Source: Phallusia mammillata (Eukaryota). From it: 64,000 nucleotides of DNA. Below are positions 49,003 to 59,819 of this stretch, piece after piece. The stretch covers positions 20,956,001 to 21,020,000 of the forward strand of contig OZ281498.1 of the NCBI GenBank assembly GCA_965637545.1. The letters run 5' to 3'. The first letter of the stretch is position 1, and each line of letters begins with the position of its first letter. The position numbers were made by a program, and so were the translations under genes. The notes under the pieces were generated by a model. The model saw only the letters and a program-made list of their open reading frames with translations. It did not search any database and had not been told where the DNA came from.

Positions 49003-51413
49003 TTACAACGCATTGGTTTGAGATTTTTCGTCAAAGTCATTTTCGTAAGTGTGGTTAACATTTCCGTCTTTCTCCTCCACATTTTGCGTGTTATCTACTC
49101 TCGATTCCAATTTTATCCAGCCTAACTTCTTTGCCGCTTGGTAGCCAGAACACAACAAAATACTAAAACCGACTTGCATGGCGTAGTACAAAAGTGGAAA
49201 GGTTACCATCTGAAATTGAATTAAAGGCGTGTTTCCGTATGAAAGTGCAATGACCGCGATGGCAACCTGGACGTTTTGCAATGCCATTTCGATTGCCACT
49301 GTTTTCCGACATTTTTTGTCGAGCCTGATACCTGGTAGCAAAGTTGCGATGTATCCGATGATAAAAATGATTACCGGCATAACCACTGCAATCTGCAGAT
49401 AAAAATGGAGTACACGCTTAGTTGACACAAGTTTTCAAATGGTCGAAGTGACGATATATAGAGTTAGTTTTTACCAAACAACAACAATTATTATCAAAAC
49501 CAATAAATGAGAAATCCGCCAAATTATACCCACAGGGGCGTTTTCTGGGGCCTTGTGTACTGCTTACACTAATAGTAAAAAGGTCAAAGTTTTCTAGTTA
49601 GGCGAAAAACTTCTTCAACGTTTGATTTACGTGTTCTTATGAATATTCATTTTTGTGCCTCTTACCACAACTTGTTGCCAAGTAACTCTCCAGATTGACG
49701 CTCTCAGTACGATGGTGTATATAAGCCAGGCTGTAATTCCGATCGATGAGAACAGAACAAGAACCTATAGGTCAAAGATATAGTTTGATCATAAACATTA
49801 CTGCCCGGGTACTGGTGTATATAGAATACATCGTTCAGACGTTTCGACAATATCTGTTGTCATCATCAGTGCACTCTGAACAATGTATTCTATATACACC
49901 AGTACTCTGGCAGTAATGTTTATGATCAAATTACTTTTTATGATCAAATTAAGTTCGTGTATAGCTAGTGTTCAAAGATATAGGATATGCAGTTTGTGCA
50001 TTAAACATTCTGCATAACTGTTGAGATGTACGACAATAACGAACGTTTTTCGAAACTGTAATACACTGGTCTACCGCTTTCATCATTAATATGCGAGCGG
50101 TAATAGCCTCTTTAAATTTACCTTGGATATAAGTTTTGCTTTATTTTCAAATTTCGCGTTGATTGCGATTCCCAAAGCAAGAGGAACAATAAAAGCAGCC
50201 AACGCTATACCTGAAAAGAACAAAAAAATGTGTTTAAAGTATGAAATGTTTTTGAGATCAATGGAGATCTAACCTACCAAGCTCTTCAAAGGGTATCTGT
50301 AAACTGGTTGGTAAATTCTCCGCAGATTGAAAGATAAGAAGCCACAATGGCATTGTTCCAAGGGCGAGAACTGTCGAAGTTGCGGTCATCGCTACGCTAT
50401 TAATAACAGAAAAATAACTTCAATAAAATAAAAAAGATGCAATATTAATTTTTGTACGTAAAGCATTTTCTCCGCAAGTAAAAATGGTGTAATGTTTTTG
50501 TACAGCTTCATTGGCACACCAGAATACATGTCTTTGTCAAAATTTTACCTGAGATCGACTACTCCGTCCAGATAAAACACGACAATGTTGCTTACGCTGC
50601 CTCCTGGACATCCTCCCTGGATCAAAACACTGAGTCCCTGGATCTGGGGCATCTGGAAGGCTTTTACCAAAGCCCAAGCGATAACTGTAAGTATACATAT
50701 ATGTTGTAGATTTTACCAGCGAGTTTTGGTCGTGAAAACTACAATAACCATTATTATTTTATACAACCAATTTAAAAAAAATGTATGGTTGAGATGCAAA
50801 AGACGTCAGTCGATGTTTTTGCAGTGTGTCACATCAATGTTTTAATTTTTGCAAAAAAAACGGTATGCTGTATTTCGGAAGAGGATGACTGTTGTTAACT
50901 TACGTGGTACCAAAAACAATTGCAATATCACTCCTGTTAGGAAGGCTTTAGGTTTCTTGAAGTAGGACCATAAAACTTTGTAATTCACACTGCAACCGAT
51001 GCCGATCATTCCGAATGCCGCAATGGCACTATAATACACAAAATAGCTTAAGCTTAATATATCACATCACTGTAAAACGTTGAAAAAGGCTTAAATAAAC
51101 ATATCGGAACACAACCAATTAACGCCTTGTTACAAGCTTACGTTGTTACTATGGTGTTGATAAGTGCCGAGTTGTCAGAAGACAGCCCTGCTGTTGTTTC
51201 CTCCACACATTCGCTGATTGGCGTTCCTGATTAAAACAAGTTTTGCATCTCATACATGAAAATCCCAGAAGTGATTAAACGTATTTATGGATACAGGTTA
51301 ACCGATACATTTGCTGCATAAATTTAGTTGTCGGATGAAGAAGTATAATCACCTGTGATGACGTCAGATATTATTCTCGTTACGCAGGGTACAGTTACCG
51401 ATGTGGTCTCCAT
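49003..51413 (-). CDS. SLC10A: SLC10 family sodium/bile-acid symporter-like protein, copy A, 367 aa, 8 exons
   Basis: Exons 51413-51353, 51226-51142, 51028-50904, 50684-50549, 50396-50278, 50210-50122, 49764-49666 and 49392-49003 join to 1104 nt, open, all GT-AG. Family motifs: MIGIGCSV, LQLFLVP, GCPGGSVSNI...DGVVDLSVAMTATSTVLALGTMPLWL and TVAIEMALQNVQVA...FPLLY. Confidence 0.93.
49784..49930 (-). ncRNA. Minimal type I hammerhead ribozyme motif closing a 56-bp inverted repeat
   Basis: Minus strand 49874-49831 reads GTGCA-CTGATGA-T-GACAA-CAGATA-TTGTC-GAAA-C-GTC-TGAAC. It has the complete CUGAUGA and GAAA boxes, a 5-bp stem II starting G-C, a palindromic ACGT stem III and a GUC triplet. Arms 49784-49839 and 49875-49930 are near-perfect reverse complements. 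Confidence 0.7.
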
Positions 51414-52113
51414 TATGGACTTTGTAAATAATTTGCTCCAATCTTATCCTTTTTGGTCCCCTAGTAGCAACAATTTCTTTTTTGTTCTGCAAGTCTGTGT
51501 TAAGCCTTCACAATACTAGTTATTTGCCTGTCAATACCAGCCACTTCAACATTTAACTGGACTACGACAAGTCCACTTGCAAAGATATTTTTGACCTCAT
51601 ATCGTCGCCGCCAATCAGTTTTATGTGGCGCTGTCTCCCTTCCGAATTTAGGACAATGTCATATTTGCACAAACCCACTGAATTTAAGGGTGGCGCATTC
51701 ATGCCCAAGACACAAATATTATCCCCAGATCGAACAAAGGCGATGAACGTCGCAGTTTTGATCTGGATTGTTTGCTCTTTATGCTATCATTTATGTTGTT
51801 TGGCATGTTCTGACTCACACTTTGAAGCACTGGTTTATTGCTGGTTTGTAAGTCAACGGTTTTAAAAGCTATAATACGTGTTGGTATTTGTGTTTGAAGT
51901 TGCAGAAATTCCTAAAATACGTGTTACGATTCGTCTTAAAAAAATGTTTGACAAAAAATATAGTTTTAAGTAAACGGTAAAGCAATTTGCAGGGAGTTTG
52001 CTTTATATTTACTTAGAGGGTATACATGCACAGGTTGGTGTGTTGGTCGGCGTATGTTTGATCGTGTATTACACTCATTTGTTGGTGCGATGTCAAACTA
52101 TTCCTTTACATTA

Positions 52114-52617
52114 CAGGGGTTCCCAACCGGTGGTACCCGTACCACTAGTGGTACGCGAAGGGTTTTCAGGTGGTACGCGAGTAGCTTCCGTTTTGTTCAC
52201 AAAAACCTCAATTTGCAACTTTATATTTTGTTTGTCTGGTTTTGTTTACAAAAAAACAGTCCCCAGGCCTATTGTCATTGTTACGTAACTATTCCTGTTG
52301 TTTCGTATCATTACGATCTTCAAAATACAGGTCATGTCAATTCTCAACAAAAAGCATAGTTGCTACTTGCTATGAAAAGCCGAACAACGCTGCGGCACAG
52401 TGGGCGTTAATTATGTCAAATGATTGCTCTTGATAGATATATCTACTGATTTGGTGCTTAAGATAGCGTTGAATGAAATATGATTCAAACAAATTAGTTG
52501 TTCTGCAAGAAGTGGTACCATAGAGCACTGTAGAGCACATTAGTGCTCTATGGTGGTACGTGTGGCAGTGCAGAGCGTCCAGGTGGTACGGGATCGTCAA
52601 AAGGTTGGGAACCCCTG
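52114..52617. mobile_element. hAT-type MITE
   Basis: CAGGGGTTCCCAACC ... GGTTGGGAACCCCTG termini with internal GTGGTAC repeats. Confidence 0.7.
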
Positions 52618-53148
52618 CTTTACAATATGTCAAGGCTTTCATATCAAGCACACACTGTTGTCGTAATGTAAAAGAAGGTGATCTTGCTACTGTGTGGCTA
52701 TGTATATCTACGATCTACTAAAGCTGCCTTTATAGGTTTCAACTGGATTTGACTGACGTGTATTTATAGCAATCTAAGTACTACTGATACTATTTACACA
52801 ACGTCATTTTTTATTGGCGCAGATTTACATAATCTCCTGATCAATTAAAAAATAATTGGTAGGTATATCAATTGGTGCGCAGAAACAGTAGCAAACATTC
52901 AATGACAGTAATATATATATCTATAAAACAACTGCTATTTGGTTGCACGCAAAAGTTATTTTTCTTCGAACTTCCTTTGTTTTATGGCGAAGTCAATTCC
53001 TTTTTTAGATTTACTATTGTTTTTTATTTCCCAATATACACAAACTTGGGAAAAATTGGTCTATGTATTATCATGACCTATATACAATTTTCGAAAAAGT
53101 ATTTTTGCCTTCTTGTAGGGCGGTTATTACGAAAAGGTGTATAGAGTT

Positions 53149-55979
53149 CTAATCTTTGTGGTGTATATAACTAGAGTTGTCAAAATTCATTTTTTGCATT
53201 TTTCCGTCTTCGACGTTGCTGTTTTGCTCCGACATTTCCGATGTATCCCCAACTGATTTTTCTGTGCTTTCCGTGTTTACGTTGTATTCCGTTTCGTCTG
53301 CGGAAATCCAACCTTTCTTTTTTGCAAGTTTGAACATTAAAATACCCGCTACTGCATAAGCTGCCGTTACCGAGTAGTAAAGTGTTGGAAAAAGGATCAT
53401 TCTTGATTCAATTGCTGGCCGACTGCCAAACGACAAATGCACCATTGCAGATGCGACCTTTCCGTTTTGAAATGCACATTCTATGCCGACAGTTTTTCGA
53501 CATCTGTTGTTAAGTTTGATCCATGGTATCATAGTAGCCACGTAGCCCAGCACAAACACGATTATAGGCATTAAGAGAGCGATCTGCAAATCAAAATTTT
53601 ATTAACACCCAAGGTTCGCTAGCATTAAAAAATGTCAAAGTCAGGTTTGGAACCGAATCTGTTGAAACAGGTAGTTTTACGACTAAATTTAATTTAAAAC
53701 CTCATAGTTAAAATATCATACCACCACTTGTTGCCAGAGCAGGGACCAACGATGACCGTTTGTAACTCCATAGTAAATGATCCAAACCACTATTCCAATT
53801 GCAGCAATAACGATGCAGAACTGTATGAACATATGTCGGCACATTGCGAAAGGTTTGAAACGAGCTTTCCGCAGCACATTGCCACGTTTTTTGACATGGT
53901 AAATAATACAGATAACTACTTTTGTGTAAAATTGGTTACGCATATTCAGAAATACAATAAGCATTTTTTTGGCTTGATGTTTTTACAAAACACTGTTTGG
54001 CAACAACGCTAATCCACATGTAGCACAAAACACGCCGTTTACACGTATTTCCTATTACAGAAAATTTTAAACCACCAAGACTCAACCTTAGTTTCAAAGT
54101 TGCACAAACCTTTGCAATAGTCTCGGTATATCTTTTTTTGCTAAATTTAGCGTTGATCAAAATCCCAATCAATAGAGGCCCGAGCAACAAAGCCAGTGTA
54201 ATTCCTGTAGTGATAAATAAAAAAAATAATTAGTAGGCTACATTTGATAAATGTGTTTAGCCTTAATTGATAAAAGGGCACAGTTGTGAAGTATTTTCTT
54301 AACTCGTGTACAAAGTACAAACCAAGGATGTTGTAAGCAGCTTGTTAATCCATTTACGGTTATAAACCTTTTTGTTAAGGATATGGAGAAAATTTTACTC
54401 TTGAATAATTCGCTGTTACTGTGCCCCATGAATAATTTTATTTGTTGTTGATATGTTTTGCAAAGGCTTGCATATTCTTAATTTTGAAGAGAAAAACTGA
54501 TTATGTGTGCTAAACTTACCTAGTTCCCCGAAGTCAATTTTCAGTTCGCTGTCCAGGTTTTCAGCCTTCTCAAATATTATCAACCACATGGGCATTGATC
54601 CAAGCGCTAGTATTGTGGATGTTGTGGTCATCGCCACACTGCAAAGAGATATTATTCTTGTTGCAATCTCACAAGAGTTTTGGAAAACGTTATGGCGCAT
54701 TTTCGGATTCAATTTTTTTTTTACAGCGAATTCGACGTTTTTCTCAACTGATTTAAGGTGGTACTTTATTTAGCTTAACTTCTTCCCTAAGCGCACCAAA
54801 TTTTGGCTTCTTACTTGCCACTGTTTAAACGTCTTTAATTACATCACATTGCATTATCCTACAGCAGTGGTCGGCAACCGCCGGTCCGCGAGGAGTTCGT
54901 TACCGGGCCGTATAATTTTTCATGTTTATTGCTATAAAACATTTTGCCCACGTATCCCGGGCATGATAAACTAATTTAAGCGTTTTTTTAGCTATATATT
55001 TGTAGTTTTTTAAAGACCGGTCCGCGATAAAATTTTAGTTTCAAAACCGGTCCGCAGTGCAAAAAAGGTTGCCGACCCCTGTCCTACAGGACCTCCACCC
55101 CTCCCAAAAAATATAAAAAGTTCTTGCGATAAGAAATGCTTTGAATACGACAGCCCGTATGTTGAATTAAAAACGATTGCAACGTTGTTTGAATGTACGA
55201 ACATCGCTTTTCGGACCAACTTACCTGAGGTCAACAACGCCGTCGAATCCATACACCACTATATTACTTATTGAACCGCCTGGACACGCCCCTTGAATCA
55301 TTACTCCAAGTGCTTCCACCTGTGGCATCTGGAATGCTCTGGTCAATGCCCAAGCTATCACTACAGGAAACATGATTTATATTGGTTATATTAACTCGTG
55401 ATAACTTCGCTCAGAATTATAATACGAGACACTTAACCGGGACAAGGAAGAGTTGCAGAAAAACTCCGAACAAGTAAGCCTTCGGGCGCTTGATGTAGTA
55501 CCATACTGTTTTGTAATTGACACCCATGCCAATTCCGACCATTCCCACAGCAACGAGTGGCCTTAAACAACAATTTTGAATGGGCCAATTTCATAGCAAG
55601 TTTTGCAAGTGTGAATGTGCGCGATTTCACTAGAATGGAAATTACAATAAATGTTGACACGAAATGGTTGAAATGAAGTAACAGTTTTATTTACGAAACC
55701 AACCTTAATTACAAAAGTTTTTTAGTCTTTTGACGTTGACAATAAGAAAGTTTTGAAAGTTAAATTTATCCAAATACTTACGTGGTTACAAGTGTGCCCA
55801 AAGATGGCCCACTTGAGCCTCCAGAGAAATCTGTCTCATTTGTGCAGTTTACCATTTTCAAGCCTAAAGGTCAAAACGTTCGCTGTTTTTAAAACCTCCA
55901 ATTTTAAACTAAAAATGGGCATCTTTTCTTAATACATACCTTCTGCGCATCCGGGAACTTCAGTAATTCGCAAATCCAT
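53149..55979 (-). CDS. SLC10A: SLC10 family symporter-like protein, copy B, about 376 aa, 8 exons (non-canonical donor after exon 3)
   Basis: Exons 55979-55940, 55863-55782, 55561-55437, 55360-55225, 54638-54520, 54204-54110, 53820-53722 and 53583-53149 have the same intron phases as copy A. Motifs GACPGGSISNI, DGVVDLSVAMTTTSTILALGSMP and TVGIECAFQNGKVA. The intron 3 donor reads TTAAGT at the homologous position. Confidence 0.85.
54865..55081. mobile_element. hAT-type MITE with perfect 8-bp target-site duplication
   Basis: CAGTGGTCGGCAACC ... GGTTGCCGACCCCTG flanked on both sides by TCCTACAG (54857-54864 and 55082-55089). Confidence 0.9.
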
Positions 55980-57504
55980 GTTTTAGAATGTGTGAAGTAA
56001 CTTTTTCTCAAAAAAATTGCCTAAAATAAAAGAAATGATTTTACAATGACGATCTGTAAACTATAGCGTAAACGTTTTTAATAGGTTTCCGTTTTAAAAA
56101 TGCCACTACATATTTTTCACACTTTAATTTATCTTCAACATCGCCAAAGTATCGTTTGTCAATTGCCAATCCTCTGTTTTAAGTCATTATCACTGAATGG
56201 TTGGTCGTGAGTGTTTAAACGATTTGCTTACGTAGCTTGATATATGGTTGAAGGCTATTCAAAATTCATTGCTAAGCTTGTAAACCCCATGCTGAATGAT
56301 AGAGGCATTGTATTTCAATTTATAGGCCTACCCCTGTAAAAAGTTCGTTTCGACATAAAGGTTGAAAAACGTTTGTTTAACATGTTTATCACACGATGCT
56401 TGGGAATAAACTTTGCTAAACAGCTGACAATACTGACTTTAAAACTCGAAATGCTTTGTTCTGTGCTGCAAAATTTGGCAAATTCTCAATTTTTGACGTT
56501 TGAACATTTCAATTGCCTAATAATGTTTGCACTGGAGGTCGAACTTCATGTGCAAATAGTAATTGGTTGCATAATTTCAAAAACTTTTACCGCTATTAAC
56601 AAAAGTGATATTTGCTCAACTCTTCGATAAAACCCATGCAATAGGTTATGTAACTTATGCAGATTGCACGTTTGGGGTTGATCGTGGGTTTTGCGTAGTT
56701 TGTGTTTTAAACGTAGTTATTTACAATATTCCACACAAAATGAAATGAATTGAGCACAAATAACCAAATCATGTATGTCCACAACCCTTTGCGTTTATGA
56801 TTGGTGAAATGATTTTACAGGGTGTTAGTGTAAGGTGTTAGAATAAAGAAGACTTGTAAACGTGCGAGAGAACTCTAAATGCTTCTGCTGCAAAAAAAAT
56901 AGACATAGGTATAATTCTGCTGGTCTTGTGACTTTCGTCGATTTGTTCTACGACGGCAGCTTTGTAAAGCATTTTATCGCAAACTTATAAAAGTTGCCCT
57001 AAAACTTGCTGAAAAAAAATTTGCTGACATGTTATTTTCGAAGAAGAATGTAACGTTTGATGTTGTTAAACCGACTCCATTATACTGTATGTAACAAGGC
57101 GTTGTTACTCCGTACTGCTTTGAACCTATTAACAACATTTTTCAACCGGGGTTTTAAAAAGGTCACTGTCGGGGCGAGATGAGGAACTATTGTGTTTGTT
57201 TTAGGATCAAGGGTGTGTGGTTTTAGATCTTGTAAAAGTTGTACTTTTAACCGTGTTGCGTTCTTTATGCATTGTAGGACGTTTGACATAGATTGTTATG
57301 TTGCAATTGCTCGGAAACACAAGTTTGGAAACGTGAATCTCCAGGTTTATATATGTTTTTCTTATTCAAGACAAATATATTTTGCTATTAAAGCATTGTC
57401 AGGGTATTAAAAAAAATCGAAATGGCCTATGTGTGGTACTCGGTCAAACTGTCCTTTTTCCAGAACTCTTTATGCAGCATTGATACAAGGGCATTGCAAT
57501 TAAT

Positions 57505-58885
57505 TATGGGTCCCCTTCCTTGAAGGGGACACATCTTGATTTTACTCGATTTTCTTTTTTTTTCTTTTTTTTTTTTTTCTTCCCTGAAGTTTGTCCACCC
57601 CATTTTGCCCTGAAATGTTTGATGGATTTGGATGAAACTTTCACAGATGGTAGATATGGTTATGTAGATGTGCCATTTGTTTTGTTTGACTCGATAGCCC
57701 CAGTGTTTACCCCACTAGCCCCCTAAAATGGGTAAATTTTGAACAATGTCCGAATTGGATGAAATTTGGACAGTTTGTTCATTGGGCCATTTTAGGGCAT
57801 CGTTTGTTGTGTTTTAACCTGTAGCCCCAATATTTACCCCACTAGCCCCCTAAAATGGGTGATTTTTTAAACAATGTCCGAATTGGATGAAATTTGGACA
57901 GTTTGTTCATTGTGCCATTTTAGGGCATCGTTTGTTGTGTTTTAACCTGTAGCCCCAATATTTACCCCACTAGCCCCCTAAAATGGGTGATTTTTTAAAC
58001 AATGTCCGAATTGGATGAAATTCGGACAGTTTGTTCATTGTGCCATTTTAGGGCATCGTTTGTTGTGTTTTAACCTGTAGCCCCAATATTTACCCCACTA
58101 GCCCCCTAAAATGGGTGATTTTTTAAACAATGTCCAAATTAGATGAAATTCGGACAGTTTGTTCATTGGGCCATTTTAGGGCATCGTTTGTTGTGTTTTA
58201 ACCTGTAGCCCCAATATTTACCCCACTAGCCCCCTAAAATGGGTGATTTTTTAAACAATGTCCGAATTGGATGAAATTTGGACAGTTTGTTCATTGTGCC
58301 ATTTGAGGGCATCGTTTGTTGTGTTTTACCCTGTAGCCCCAATATTTACCCCACTAGCCCCCTAAAATGGGTGATTTTTTAAACAATGTCCGATTTGAAT
58401 ACAATTTGGACAGTTTTTTCATTATGCTATTTTAGGGCATCGATTATTGTGTTTCACCATGTAGCCCAATATTTACTGCTTAAGCCACCTATTGTTTATA
58501 AAACGTCCGATTTGGATGAATTTTTGATAGTTTTTTGAATTTGGCATTTGTAGCTGTCGAATATTGTGTTTCACCCTGCAGCCCTAATATTTACCCTACC
58601 AACCCCCCAAAATGGGTGAATTAATCAACAATACATTTTGACAGTTTGTATAATATGCCGTTTTGAGATGTCAGTGTTTTATGCTATTTAGGCACACAAA
58701 CTTATAACAATGTCTCAATTGCATGAGATTTGGACAGTTTGTAATTTACATCACTTCTTTTTTTAAGTAACACTACCAATTACTGTGTTTGACTTTATAG
58801 CAACGTTTCTTATGGTTGTCTGTTTACAACTTTGCGGTTTTGGGGACCCATGAGTTTCTGCCTGCAGAAACAAATCAAGATTATA
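57505..58885 (-). mobile_element. Non-autonomous Helentron-associated (HINE/DINE-1-like) element with internal tandem array
   Basis: Subterminal inverted repeats ATCTTGATTT (57533-57542) and AAATCAAGAT (58872-58881). Terminal palindrome GTCCCCTTC-CTT-GAAGGGGAC (57510-57530), second hairpin GTTTCTGC-CT-GCAGAAAC (58854-58871), T-rich tract at about 57550-57580, and a central tandem array. Confidence 0.7.
57697..58745. repeat. 128-bp tandem repeat (about 6 near-identical plus 2-3 degenerate units)
   Basis: The anchor CCCCCTAAAATGGG recurs with its T at 57724, 57851, 57979, 58107, 58235 and 58363 (period 127-128). Degenerate units continue to about 58745. Confidence 0.95.
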
Positions 58886-59819
58886 AAAAATGTTGGCTAA
58901 TATGGGACCCAATAAAAATAAATATAGAGAATATATTACAGTTTGCAGAATAGATTATAGTGTATATGCTATGGTAAAATGTGCTAAGCCACCCTTCTAG
59001 TTCGTTTCCGTTCTTTATAAACGTGTGTTAATTTGGTAATAGGGGTTTGCATCAATTGCGTTTAACTTTGTTGGAAACAATGCACTTTATGTGTCGTAAG
59101 TTAGTTGAGATACTTCGATAGTTTTTTTTTCACGGGTTTCGAACCCAAGACGCTCCTGGAGACAAATCCCGATCAAGGTTTTTTATGTCTGTATATATGT
59201 CAGGCGCACCGGGTTACAATAAAATTGCCATTGCGATATGTGGCGGGGGCCGCCCTTTGTCTTTTTCGCGCCACAAGCGGTCGCATCTGCCATTTAATCT
59301 CGTCTGTCAACTTTGTCACAATTAGGCAATCACTTGTTATGCACGGACATAAAAACCTGATTGACTTTCTTACTCGGAAGCTTCTAGATTATCATTACAA
59401 CAGAAGCTGATGTAGGCCAACTATTTATGTGTGGAAAAACATTCTCATACAAGTAGGAATAATTAGGACTGGTTTCAAACCTACTCCCTGTACGGCCACC
59501 AATCCGGTTTTTGAGCTTGTGTCAATGTTGTTTTGCGCGCCGTGGTACATAGCCTATACCGTGTGCTAGTAACAAAATATTGGCGCACAACAACAAGATT
59601 TTCACTCTGCGCGGATTTCACACAGAGTGTCTATTTTCGATATTTTTTCTCGAATAATCTTTTATTTGATGTGTAGTCCAACACAAAAACTTATGTCATA
59701 ATTTACAAATGTTTGCATTTAAAATGAGGCCACATGGTCTACCTTTATATGACGTTAAGTTTAAGTTGTCTTAATCTTTATACGATATGTAGCTGACGTT
59801 GTCAAATTGCTGATGTGCT

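Noticed and set aside
57697-58745. Regular repeat array considered as CRISPR
   Set aside because: The units are contiguous 128-mers without unique spacers, there are no cas genes, and the context is eukaryotic.
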